Shown here in pieces: positions 1 to 9,339 of a stretch of 64,000 nucleotides of DNA (the first letter of the stretch is position 1; the number at the start of each line of letters is the position of its first letter). Location of the stretch: NCBI GenBank assembly GCA_017427405.1, contig JAFRSV010000014.1, forward strand, positions 9,490-73,489, read 5' to 3'. A program made the position numbers and the translations under genes. This DNA comes from Alphaproteobacteria bacterium. GTDB lineage: Bacteria > Pseudomonadota > Alphaproteobacteria > Rs-D84. Under the pieces are notes generated by a model. That model saw nothing but the letters and a program-made list of their open reading frames with translations, made no database searches and had not been told where the DNA came from.

Positions 1-279
1 GTCCAAAAATACGCGGACGATGCACCAAGGGTTGCACCAGTGACCACACCGACCTATGCGACCGGCGGTGTTGGTGTTCAATTTGGTGCGTTCGGCAGTA
101 TTGATTCCGCAAACGCGATGATTGCGCGTGTTAAAAATGCGACCGGTGCGACCGCGCATTTGGAACCGAACGGCGCGGGGCTTTATCGTGTGCGTGTGAC
201 GGGACTTTCCGAATCCGCGGCCCAAAACTTAAAAAATCGCGCATCGTCCGCGGGAATTGATTGCTATGTGTTTCATTGA
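1..279 (+). CDS. SPOR domain-containing protein, C-terminal part (5' end off window)
   Basis: Frame 1 is open from nt 1 with no stop before the listed ORF. The tail GVQFGAFGS...LYRVRVTGLSESAAQNLKNRASSAGIDCYVFH matches the SPOR pattern (xQxGAF ... YRVxxG ... A ... L ... G.dC.v). Confidence 0.6.
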   Translation, partial: VQKYADDAPRVAPVTTPTYATGGVGVQFGAFGSIDSANAMIARVKNATGATAHLEPNGAGLYRVRVTGLSESAAQNLKNRASSAGIDCYVFH

Positions 280-295
280 TTGATATTATACGGTT

Positions 296-892
296 ATGAA
301 TCCAAAGATTGAAAAGCTTATTAAACAATTTGCAAAACTGCCACGTGTCGGAAATCGGGCGGCGCAACGAATTGTGTTGGCACTGTTGCAGGATAAAACC
401 GGCCGCATTGAAAAATTGGTCGAAGCATTGGTTGATGCAAATGAAAACATACATGCGTGCCCGGTGTGTGGGGTGCTGACCGATAGGGGTGCGGAAAAAT
501 GCGAATACTGTCGCGATATGCGGCGTGCGAATAATATGCTGTGTGTGGTGCGTGATTTATCGGATGTTTGGACACTTGAAAAATCGGGCGTGTTTGGCGG
601 ACGTTATCATATTATTGGCGGGTTGCTTTCGGGTGTTGCGGGAATTGCGCCCGAAGATTTGAATTTGGCGAATTTATCGGCGCGAATTGCGGACGAAAAA
701 ATCACGGAAATTATTTTTGCGTTACCAAACACTATCGAAGGCAAAACGACCCAGCAATATATTATGTCGATAGTTGATAAAGAAAATATAAAGTTTTCCG
801 AACTTGCATCGGGCGTGCCGTTGGGTGGTGAACTGGATTACATCGATGACGGTACATTGTCGTTGGCATTTGGGGGGCGGCGCACAATATGA
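296..892 (+). CDS. recR: Recombination protein RecR
   Basis: 198 aa. N-terminal KLPRVGNRAAQRIVLALL helix-hairpin-helix, a C4 zinc finger (CPVCGVLTD...CEYCRD), then a Toprim-like region. Length is typical of RecR. Confidence 0.9.
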   Translation: MNPKIEKLIKQFAKLPRVGNRAAQRIVLALLQDKTGRIEKLVEALVDANENIHACPVCGVLTDRGAEKCEYCRDMRRANNMLCVVRDLSDVWTLEKSGVFGGRYHIIGGLLSGVAGIAPEDLNLANLSARIADEKITEIIFALPNTIEGKTTQQYIMSIVDKENIKFSELASGVPLGGELDYIDDGTLSLAFGGRRTI

Positions 893-1716
893 CGGATAAA
901 ATTTCATCTTTGCCACCGGTGTCGGAAATGATGCGTGACGCGGGATTGGAACCGAAAAAACAATTCGGCCAGAATTTTTTGTTTGACCTAAATTTAACCG
1001 GCCGTATCGCACGCGCCGTGCCAGATTTAGAACACGCAACAATTATTGAAATTGGTCCCGGCCCGGGTGGCCTTACACGGGCATTGTTACACGCGGGTGC
1101 GCGACGCGTAATTGCAATTGAAAAAGATAAAACCACCGAACCAATTTTGTCGCAAATCGAATCTGCCGCAAATGGTCGGTTGCGTGTTATCTATGATGAT
1201 GCGTTGCGTGTCGATATGAAAAAAGTTGCGGGTGGTGAATTTTCCATTTGTGCAAATTTGCCTTATAATGTCGGCACGGAATTATTGGTAAATTGGTTGC
1301 AAGATATTGCGAACGGCGCACCAATAAAATCAATGACACTAATGTTTCAACGCGAAGTTGCGGAAAGAATTGTCGCAAAAATGGGTGACGATGCGTATGG
1401 GCGTTTGGCGGTTTTAACGTCGATTGTTTCGGACGCAAAAATTTTGTTCGGCGTGCCATCAACCGCGTTTGTGCCACGGCCACGGGTGGAAAGCGCGGTT
1501 GTGCAAATAATTCCGAACGCCGCAAAGATAAAAAAAATTGGAAACATTTCGGCACTTGAAAATTTAACCGCGAAACTTTTTGGAATGCGACGCAAAATGA
1601 TTCGCGGAATTATGCGCGATGTTGATTGGGAAAGTTTCGGTTTATCGGGCACGGAACGCGCCGAAGATTTGACGGCGGAAAAATTTCTTGAACTTTCAAA
1701 AAAACTTGTTGCATAA
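889..1716 (+). CDS. rsmA: 16S rRNA (adenine1518/1519-N6)-dimethyltransferase RsmA/KsgA
   Basis: 275 aa. FGQNFLFD motif and SAM-binding EIGPGPGGLT. The start overlaps the recR stop (ATGA). Confidence 0.9.
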   Translation: MTDKISSLPPVSEMMRDAGLEPKKQFGQNFLFDLNLTGRIARAVPDLEHATIIEIGPGPGGLTRALLHAGARRVIAIEKDKTTEPILSQIESAANGRLRVIYDDALRVDMKKVAGGEFSICANLPYNVGTELLVNWLQDIANGAPIKSMTLMFQREVAERIVAKMGDDAYGRLAVLTSIVSDAKILFGVPSTAFVPRPRVESAVVQIIPNAAKIKKIGNISALENLTAKLFGMRRKMIRGIMRDVDWESFGLSGTERAEDLTAEKFLELSKKLVA

Positions 1717-1765
1717 ACACCGCAAATTTTTGCTATAATAAATCGCGAGTCGTACGGAGAGAGAA

Positions 1766-3475
1766 TTGTCTTTATCGGTCCTGATATTTTTTGCGATGAT
1801 TTTTGTGCTGGTGTTCTTGCTGCGCACGTTGCGTGTTGGGGCATTGGTTGCGTTCCTTGTCGCCGGTATGATATCGGGACCATATGTTTTAGATTTGTTT
1901 CAACTGAATTCTACATGGACATTTCTTGGTGACCTTGGGATTTTGTTTTTGTGGTTTAACATCGGATTGGAAATAAATATAAAGCGCCTTTGGCATATGC
2001 GGCGAACGATTTTTGGTTTTGGTGCGACCCAGGTTTTAATGGTTGCGATAATGTTATTTCCGATTCTGTTTGGCATTACCACTTGGTCGGTGATTGGCGC
2101 AATTACAATTTCGCTTTTGTTCGCGATGTCCAGTACGTCCGAAGACCTACAATTACTAACCGACCGTAACCAGTTAAACACGACAATGGGACATCAAACA
2201 TTTTCGATTTTGTTGTTCCAAGATTTGTTGTCAATTCCACTTCTTGCCATGTTGCCGGTGTTTGCCGGACGTTCATTTAACCTTGGGGCAACATTGATTG
2301 ATGTCACGGTGACATCGGTCACATTGATTTTGGGTGTTGTTGTAATCGGCCGTTTTGTTTTGAATCCGGTGTTAAAACGTGTGGCAAAATTAAAATCCAA
2401 AGAGGCATTTTTACTTGCCATCATGTTAAATATCGCACTTTGGGCGGTGTTGGTGAACCTTATGGGATTACCGACGGGGCTTGGTGCGTTTTTGGCGGGT
2501 ATGCTAATGTCTGAAACAATATACAGTCACCAAGTCCGCGCAGAAATCGACCCATACGCATTATTATTTTTATCGTTATTCTTTATATCGCTTGGGATGG
2601 GATTAAATCTTGAAGTGCTTGCACGGAATTGGTATTGGGTTATTGGCGGTATGGTTGGATTGGTCTTTATAAAATTCTTTGCGCTGTTTATGGTATCGCG
2701 TGTGCGGGGTGTCCCAATTTATGATGCGCGCCTTATTGCGTTGATATTAAGCCAGGGCGGCGAATTCGCGTTATTGATGTTTCAAACAATGAAAACCAGT
2801 GGAATTTCTGCCGTGCCCGCCGCGGACCAAGAAATTTTGACCGCTATAATAATCTTGTCGATGATGTCGACGCCATTCTTGCTATCGTTGCATGATAAAA
2901 TTTTTCGTTCAAAAACAATTTTTACACGTGCGCGTTCACGCCAGTTAAATGCAGGAAGCTCCGCCATAAAACCCGAAGTAATCATTTGTGGTTTTGGTCG
3001 TGTTGGGCAAATAATCGCGTTCGTCCTTGGGCGGCGAAAAATCCCATATGTTGCACTTGACTTGGATGTTGGTGCGGTGATGGTTGGACGTGAACGCGGA
3101 TACAACGTTTTTTATGGCGATAGCACCAACCCCGCGGTTCTGCGTGAATTTGGACTTGGGACGCGTCATGTGCGCGCGGTTGTTGTTGCACTTGATAATG
3201 CGGGCAATGCACGCAACGCGGTTTTGACGGTCAAAGGAATTGCGCCAAAGATGAAAATTTTTGCACGTGCACGTAATTTGTTAGAATCACGTGCATTGGT
3301 CAAAGAAGGTGTGGCCGAAGCATGGCCCGAAACGGTTGAATCATCATTGATGCTGGCGCACGGGGTTTTGGAAAAACTTGGTGTTGATGACGAGATTATT
3401 TCGCACACTTTGCAAGAAATGCGCGATGAAAATTATTCTGAACTTGATAACGCAATTACGGATAAAAATAAATAA
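1766..3475 (+). CDS. CPA2-family monovalent cation:proton antiporter (KefB/KefC-like) with C-terminal RCK/TrkA-N domain
   Basis: 569 aa. About 11-12 hydrophobic segments followed by a Rossmann motif (VIICGFGRVGQ). TTG start preceded by GGAGAG. Confidence 0.8.
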   Translation: MSLSVLIFFAMIFVLVFLLRTLRVGALVAFLVAGMISGPYVLDLFQLNSTWTFLGDLGILFLWFNIGLEINIKRLWHMRRTIFGFGATQVLMVAIMLFPILFGITTWSVIGAITISLLFAMSSTSEDLQLLTDRNQLNTTMGHQTFSILLFQDLLSIPLLAMLPVFAGRSFNLGATLIDVTVTSVTLILGVVVIGRFVLNPVLKRVAKLKSKEAFLLAIMLNIALWAVLVNLMGLPTGLGAFLAGMLMSETIYSHQVRAEIDPYALLFLSLFFISLGMGLNLEVLARNWYWVIGGMVGLVFIKFFALFMVSRVRGVPIYDARLIALILSQGGEFALLMFQTMKTSGISAVPAADQEILTAIIILSMMSTPFLLSLHDKIFRSKTIFTRARSRQLNAGSSAIKPEVIICGFGRVGQIIAFVLGRRKIPYVALDLDVGAVMVGRERGYNVFYGDSTNPAVLREFGLGTRHVRAVVVALDNAGNARNAVLTVKGIAPKMKIFARARNLLESRALVKEGVAEAWPETVESSLMLAHGVLEKLGVDDEIISHTLQEMRDENYSELDNAITDKNK

Positions 3476-3566
3476 AAAATAATTCGTTGCACGCGCGTAA
3501 TTTTTATGTTTGCTTTTATTTATCTATCTTGCTATATTGTGCAAAACCTTTACAAAGGAAAGAAAA

Positions 3567-4097
3567 ATGAAAAAATCACTGTGGGCAATTATCGCGATAA
3601 TCGCAATCGTTCTGGTTGACCAAATTACCAAGGGCACACTGCTGTATCTAATAACCGGTTCGGCATTTGTTTGGGGCGCGGCGTGGACCGTTGTTCCGGT
3701 GCCATATTTAATGCGGCACGTGACGAACTTTTTTAATGTTGTGTTCACATGGAATCCGGGCACGGCATTTTCGCTGTTTCGGAATTTTGGTGATAACTTG
3801 CCGGCAATAATGACAATTGCAACGGGTGCGATAATCGCGCTGATTTTGTATTATTTGTTTGCGCGCGCAAAGAATTACGAACGCGTTCCGCTGGTTTTAA
3901 TTGCGGGCGGGGCGCTTGGGAACTTTGTTGACCGTCTGCGTTTTGGCGCGGTGATCGATTTCTTGGACTTTCATATTGGTGGCGCGCATTGGCCGGCGTT
4001 TAATGTCGCGGACAGCTTTATCACCGTTGGTGTTTTGCTTTACATTTTGAATTGGTGGTTGGCGCGCCGTCGTTGTATGCGTAATTTAAAAGGATAA
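3567..4097 (+). CDS. lspA: Lipoprotein signal peptidase (signal peptidase II)
   Basis: Motifs NPGTAFSLF and FNVADSFITVG, with four TM segments. I chose the internal ATG at 3567 (MKKSLWAII), which has AAGGAAAG upstream, over the track start at 3510. Confidence 0.85.
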   Translation: MKKSLWAIIAIIAIVLVDQITKGTLLYLITGSAFVWGAAWTVVPVPYLMRHVTNFFNVVFTWNPGTAFSLFRNFGDNLPAIMTIATGAIIALILYYLFARAKNYERVPLVLIAGGALGNFVDRLRFGAVIDFLDFHIGGAHWPAFNVADSFITVGVLLYILNWWLARRRCMRNLKG

Positions 4098-4100
4098 AAA

Positions 4101-5681
4101 ATGGTAAAATTTCTTGATAACAATAATTCGGGTTTTGCGGCATGGAACGCAAATCGTAATGCAACCGCAAAGCCAAAATCAAAATTCGGCGGATTTTTGT
4201 GGTGGTTCATTTTGTTCATTGGTTCTTGGTGGCTAATAGGTATGTGGACATCGCCAAAGAGCGTGCCCGCACCAACCGATGCGGATATTGCAATTATTTC
4301 GGCACCTGCCACCGATACGCCGGCGCGCGAAATTTTATCGGATAAAATTGTTGCAAATGTTCGGGGACTGCGTATTTCAAATGTCGCACTGACGGACTTT
4401 GCAGCGACATCGGGTGTGGAATCCGAACGCGTAAAGTTGCTTGGTGCGGAAAATGATTTTTTGGAAATCGGGTTAAATGCAACCGGCACAACCGCGCCAG
4501 ATGTGAATACGGTTTGGCAAGACAGTGCGGGTAAAATGACATGGACCAATTCCGATGGTGTGGTGTTCACGCGCGACATAACGGTTGATGGATATTTGGT
4601 TACGATTACCGACACTGTTCAAAATAAAACCACGCGCGACATTTCGTTTGCACCCTATGCGCGCATTGTGCGTGGGCCCGCGCCTTCTTCGGCGGGCGTT
4701 GCAACGGGCGCGGTGACGAATACGAATTCGCGGGTGCGTTATGTGGATTGGGGCAAAATGGCCAAGAAATCTTATGTCTATTCCACGACAAATGGTTTTA
4801 TTGGGTTTGCAGACCAATACTGGCAAACAATCGCAAACATAAAATCGCCTGACCAAACGATGCGCGTGAAATCAATTGCGGATAAATATGTTGCGGATTC
4901 CACCGCGGCGCCGGTTATCGTTAAACCGAACGACACCGGTGTTTTCACAACGACGGTTTTTGCCGGCCCCCGTGAACAACGCGTTTTGGATACGGCGGAA
5001 ACAACGATTCCTGGAATTGGTGAAACATTGGATTACGGGTGGTTTTGGTTCTTTGCACGGCCATTGCTGTGGGCGTTAAACATTTTGAATTCGTTCGTGA
5101 TGAATTATGGTGTTGCGATAATTTTACTAACGATATTGTTGCGATTGCTGATGTGGCCACTTACGCGTAAATCGTATGTGTCGTCAATAAAGATGCAACA
5201 GATGCAGCCCGAATTAAAACGCATACAAAAACTTTACGCGAACGACAAAGTGCGTTTGCAAATGGAAATGATGAACCTGTATCGCACGCATAAAACTTCG
5301 CCGATGTCGGGGTGTTTACCGATGCTGATTCAGATTCCGATTTTCTTTGCGTTGTATAAAGCATTGCTTGTTTCGGTAAATATGCGGAACGCGCATTTCC
5401 TGTGGATAAATGATTTGGCGGCGATGGACCCATACTTTATTTTGCCGATACTTATGGGTTTAACAATGTGGTTGCAACAATACCTGCAAACCGGTCGTAC
5501 AAAGGCCGCGGATGCAAACGATGTTGCGGCACAAACGGGACGAATGATGAAATGGTTGCCAATTATCTTTACGATAATGTTCGCATGGATGCCGGCGGGA
5601 TTGGTTTTGTATTGGACGATATCAAACATTTTCGGCATAGTCCAAACATACATCATCAAACGCAGATTGAACGGGAAATAA
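4101..5681 (+). CDS. yidC: Membrane protein insertase YidC
   Basis: 526 aa. N-terminal TM, large periplasmic domain, and conserved C-terminal core (WPLTRKSY...MQQMQPELKRIQKLY...MNLYRTHKTSPMSGCLPMLIQIPIFFALYK). Confidence 0.9.
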   Translation: MVKFLDNNNSGFAAWNANRNATAKPKSKFGGFLWWFILFIGSWWLIGMWTSPKSVPAPTDADIAIISAPATDTPAREILSDKIVANVRGLRISNVALTDFAATSGVESERVKLLGAENDFLEIGLNATGTTAPDVNTVWQDSAGKMTWTNSDGVVFTRDITVDGYLVTITDTVQNKTTRDISFAPYARIVRGPAPSSAGVATGAVTNTNSRVRYVDWGKMAKKSYVYSTTNGFIGFADQYWQTIANIKSPDQTMRVKSIADKYVADSTAAPVIVKPNDTGVFTTTVFAGPREQRVLDTAETTIPGIGETLDYGWFWFFARPLLWALNILNSFVMNYGVAIILLTILLRLLMWPLTRKSYVSSIKMQQMQPELKRIQKLYANDKVRLQMEMMNLYRTHKTSPMSGCLPMLIQIPIFFALYKALLVSVNMRNAHFLWINDLAAMDPYFILPILMGLTMWLQQYLQTGRTKAADANDVAAQTGRMMKWLPIIFTIMFAWMPAGLVLYWTISNIFGIVQTYIIKRRLNGK

Positions 5682-5682
5682 C

Positions 5683-5711
5683 AAAATGCCCGTCGTTATG
5701 ACGGGCATTTT
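5683..5711 (+). terminator. Intrinsic terminator after yidC (symmetric, could act in both directions)
   Basis: aaaatgcccgtc-gttat-gacgggcatttt: a perfect 9-bp GC-rich stem flanked by an A-run and a T-run, 2 nt after the yidC stop. Confidence 0.65.
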
Positions 5712-5909
5712 CATTCCGAATAAACCCCGCCCTTGCGGCGGGGTCGATGCGACCAAAGCGATAGCGATGGTCAAATCGGGGGCGGGTAAAAATATCCATC
5801 CGTCTCGCCCACTTTTTTTTGCGAAACAAGGGAACAACCCGCCCCCCGCATCGCGCGAAATTTTTATTCGCGCTCTGCGGCCCCGCCGCAAGGGCGGGGC
5901 GATGTTTTT

Positions 5910-6245
5910 TCATTCCGATAACGCACGATACAGCGCATCAGGCGTTTGTATAAACGGTGCGCGCATTTTAATTGCATCCTTGGCCATATTGACACAGGTC
6001 CAATTTTTTCGCGGGAAATTTCGTGGTAAATCACATGGCACATAAACAAAGCACCAACCATATTGCCGCAACATTTTCATATCACGTGCGCCCAGGCTAA
6101 TTTTTTCGACACGTCCATGCGATACAAATTGATAGAGTATAAATCCAGCGCGCCCACGCACGATAACCGCACAGTGCCGAAATTTTTTACAAAATATATT
6201 TGGTAAAATTTTTGAAGACTTTTGTGCAAACCCAATAATAACCAT
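5910..6245 (-). CDS. Hypothetical protein, 111 aa (possible small permuted papain/NlpC-P60-like hydrolase; weak)
   Basis: ATG preceded by AAGGA at about 8 nt. Follows the 114-aa gene by 17 nt. His-then-Cys arrangement (FRHCAVIV ... WTCVNMAKDAI). No family recognised with certainty. Confidence 0.5.
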   Translation of the reverse strand: MVIIGFAQKSSKILPNIFCKKFRHCAVIVRGRAGFILYQFVSHGRVEKISLGARDMKMLRQYGWCFVYVPCDLPRNFPRKNWTCVNMAKDAIKMRAPFIQTPDALYRALSE

Positions 6246-6262
6246 ATTAGAATCCTTTTCAT

Positions 6263-6607
6263 TTATTCAACCCAACCTTTGGCACGCGCGGCCGCATCAA
6301 TAACGCGCATCGCCGAATCCCATACGGCGGCGGCATGATTTTCGCGCCAAATATATTGATGTGGGGCGCGCCGGCGATCGCCGAATTCTTTGATGACCGC
6401 TAATTGTTCGTCATTTAATTTCCCCGACAAATAAAGTTTTGTAATCATTGTTTCAACATCAACCAATTCGCACACGCGTCGTGTTGCCGCGTTCCCACGA
6501 TATTGCCCAATATCATTACGCACAGATTTCGAATACAGAAACCAAAACCATATTTGTTCTGCACTTTGAAATTTTTCCGGTGTTATATTAACTTGTGAAT
6601 TATTCAT
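6263..6607 (-). CDS. Hypothetical protein, 114 aa
   Basis: Internal ATG (MNNSQVNIT) with a strong AAGGAGAAATTATA-ATG RBS, so the track ORF is trimmed from 6694 to 6607. No recognisable motif. Confidence 0.55.
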   Translation of the reverse strand: MNNSQVNITPEKFQSAEQIWFWFLYSKSVRNDIGQYRGNAATRRVCELVDVETMITKLYLSGKLNDEQLAVIKEFGDRRRAPHQYIWRENHAAAVWDSAMRVIDAAARAKGWVE

Positions 6608-6844
6608 TATAATTTCTCCTTTTTTTCTAATTCCTTTTAATATATAAAGACCCGATTGAGTTCGGTAAATAACTACAACCATAAATTGAAACAAAGTGTG
6701 AATTAGCGATTCGTTCAGTGGTTATAAATTTTTATCTGCGAATCGATAAACTCTTGGTTTTTTGATAAAAGGCGATGCATACGCATCGCCTCTCTCGCTT
6801 ATGGCATAATGAATTTTTTTGCTATGTCATGTTAAAATCCTTTG

Positions 6845-6872
6845 GTTAAAAAAACCGCCATGCGGCGGTTTA
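6845..6872 (-). terminator. Intrinsic terminator immediately after virB10
   Basis: On the minus strand: aaaccgcc-gcat-ggcggttt followed by TTTTTTT, about 20 nt past the virB10 stop. A second hairpin plus T-run (ggcgatgc-gtat-gcatcgcc-tttta) lies at 6760-6790. Confidence 0.65.
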
Positions 6873-6890
6873 GTTCGTTTTTTATGTGCA

Positions 6891-9317
6891 CTAAAACACA
6901 ATCGGTGGGAAACAATCACCACCCGTATTCGGACAACAATTAAACCCTTGGTCACCCATATCGGTATATGTTTCACCCGGACAGCATCCATTTGCATCCG
7001 GATTAGCACCACCATCACATGTGATAACAGATGTATTTTGTTGCGCCGGCGCGGCGGGCGTTTCTTTCTTGAACGGATTCTTTATAGTGCCATCCGCATT
7101 ATATTCAAGTCCAAGAACCTGGGTATTATATTCAACGGTATTCGCACCTGTGGTATAATCTGTTTTCTGCACACCCATTTGTTGCTGATTTTGGAACACC
7201 GCTTCTTGCCGTGCATTATTGATTGCGGTATATGTCCCAAATGAACGGCAATAGAAATCAATGGTGGCAAAACTATACTGATTACACAATGGCTGACCAG
7301 CTTTCCCAGGGTCCATTTTAGGCGTGCAAGACATATTATCGGCACAATCGCAACAATCTTTCTGAATAGAAGATTGCATCAACGAACGAACCTGGCCAAT
7401 AAGTTCTTCCATATCTGTACTTGGGGTTATTTGATTTGCGGCTGTTCTCCAATTCGCGCGGTTCTCGCCACCTGTACCATCCGCTGCCTTGGTTTGGTAT
7501 GGTCTTATTGCACACGCCTTACCCGGTTGATCGCCACACGTCACGAATAAATCAACCGGCGAAAATACGGTAATACGTGTCCCCGCGGCAATTGAAAAAG
7601 GCGGTGTTGTATTGTTCATAACATCGACCAACAATTTTGTCGCAACATTATTCCACGCGGTGATAATTTCATTTTTGGCAAGTTCCGACGAACGCACAGT
7701 TCCACTTTGAACAACGGTATTATTATCCAAATCAATCTGATTCACAAATGCATCGGACACCGGTGCAATCAAATTCACCGCCGCCGGCACAATAGCGGTC
7801 AGCATTGGCATAATAAATTGTTGCAAATAATCCGTACTGCCGTGTCCGGGGACACCCTTGCGTCCTTGGGAATCCGCCGAAAACGGACGTTGGTTATCTT
7901 TTGTAAAATTAAACTCAACCCCATCGGGACGAATAAATTGATACCATTCTATTTGCATACGACCAACGGCCTTGTATGGTCCCGGTAATTCACCCGTCAC
8001 ATACCCCAGCATCAATGTCCCCGTTGGAATAATCACTGTGCGACCGTTATCGGAATAAACATTCCTATCCACCGTTGCGCGCACCGGAAGACCATTTTTT
8101 AACATCTCTGCATCCGCTTGAACATCCGAAACAATTGTCGCCGGAATTGGTTTATATTGACGCAACACAAATGTCCTATCATACGGCATAGATGAAAATA
8201 CACCGTCACTTGCACCAGACCCAAGATACGTTTCTTCTTTGACCTTGTTCGGTGTCAACTCCAGTTTTTTCATTCCGCCCGTACCACTTGATTGCCGCTG
8301 TGCAACCAAGGCGTTCAGTTCCGCATCCGTCAATTGCCGTGCCCGATTCCCGCGATTCTTTACCGACCGCACGCCCAATGCGGGTAATTGGTCCGTAATG
8401 GTCAAACGAATATGTTCCGCATCCGACCCAATACGCCGCGCCGGATTATTTATATCCATAATATAACCCGTATCCGGATTATAAATTCCGGTCGGCGTTT
8501 TACAATTCACATCGGAAAACGGGTGATAGTAATACGCACCCCCGTCGGGCCTTATCCAACCCGCATGCACGCCAGATATATTGTATCCTGGAAAAGAAAA
8601 TTCCGAACAACCCGTCCCCGTCATAGAACCGGTGGGTGCCATGGCAACCGTTGGATCCGGCCAATCATATGTCGGCATTTGCGTATTATTAAAATCAAAT
8701 TCCGGCGAAATATCGTCCACATCTTTTTCAAAGTCATACGTTGGTTCCGGTTCAAAAATCGGGTCCGGTTCATATATTGGTTCGGGTTCCGGCGCAGGTT
8801 GTATCTTTAACGGTTCACGCGCACCAATAACAATAGTAATTGCGTTTGGTTCGTCACGTTCCACGCCCGTGGCAAAGTCCGTCCATTTAATTGCAACATC
8901 AACATTGGTAATGGTAATCGGATGTTCAGGTTCGTATTTCAACCGTATCTTGCACGGCATATCCGCATCGATAATAGTATTTTCATTTGTGCATGTTTCG
9001 GTTGCCGAAATCCCCGCGGCATCGGTCGTATCACCATCAACCACAACATTTACATCCGTCACCTGAACACGGGTATTTGCCGACACAGTATATTCAATTT
9101 CGCGCGATTCCCCAACATCCGTATCGACCCAGTCAATCGGTTCGTTTGGCGACACAATCAGTTCCGGCGTGACCGCCACCGGTGAATCAACGATTTCAAC
9201 CTTTTTTGTATCCTTGCCCCGCGTCAGCATCACGAACAACGCAACCACAACAATGATTGCCACAATAAGCAAGAACCATTGCAATCCACGTGACGAAGAA
9301 TCATTTTCCATACTCAT
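6891..9317 (-). CDS. virB10: VirB10/TrbI-family type IV secretion core protein, expanded (808 aa)
   Basis: N-terminal TM (WFLLIVAIIVVVALFVML) and a Pro-rich stretch (PAPEPEPIYEPDPIFEPEPTY). TrbI domain at about aa 380-594 (VRATVDRNVYSDNGRTVIIPTGTLMLGYV...RMQIEWYQFIRPDGVEF...AGTRITVFSPVDLFV). ATG at 9317 has AAGGGGAA upstream; the track start at 9323 is TTG. Confidence 0.85.
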   Translation of the reverse strand: MSMENDSSSRGLQWFLLIVAIIVVVALFVMLTRGKDTKKVEIVDSPVAVTPELIVSPNEPIDWVDTDVGESREIEYTVSANTRVQVTDVNVVVDGDTTDAAGISATETCTNENTIIDADMPCKIRLKYEPEHPITITNVDVAIKWTDFATGVERDEPNAITIVIGAREPLKIQPAPEPEPIYEPDPIFEPEPTYDFEKDVDDISPEFDFNNTQMPTYDWPDPTVAMAPTGSMTGTGCSEFSFPGYNISGVHAGWIRPDGGAYYYHPFSDVNCKTPTGIYNPDTGYIMDINNPARRIGSDAEHIRLTITDQLPALGVRSVKNRGNRARQLTDAELNALVAQRQSSGTGGMKKLELTPNKVKEETYLGSGASDGVFSSMPYDRTFVLRQYKPIPATIVSDVQADAEMLKNGLPVRATVDRNVYSDNGRTVIIPTGTLMLGYVTGELPGPYKAVGRMQIEWYQFIRPDGVEFNFTKDNQRPFSADSQGRKGVPGHGSTDYLQQFIMPMLTAIVPAAVNLIAPVSDAFVNQIDLDNNTVVQSGTVRSSELAKNEIITAWNNVATKLLVDVMNNTTPPFSIAAGTRITVFSPVDLFVTCGDQPGKACAIRPYQTKAADGTGGENRANWRTAANQITPSTDMEELIGQVRSLMQSSIQKDCCDCADNMSCTPKMDPGKAGQPLCNQYSFATIDFYCRSFGTYTAINNARQEAVFQNQQQMGVQKTDYTTGANTVEYNTQVLGLEYNADGTIKNPFKKETPAAPAQQNTSVITCDGGANPDANGCCPGETYTDMGDQGFNCCPNTGGDCFPPIVF

Positions 9318-9339
9318 TACCAATTCCCCTTAAAATACA

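Noticed and set aside
6077-6262. 61-aa minus-strand ORF (MKRILIWLLLGL...) as an alternative to the 111-aa gene
   Set aside because: It overlaps the 111-aa frame and lacks a convincing RBS. The 111-aa start has AAGGA at the proper distance and the longer ORF fills the space up to the next hairpin.
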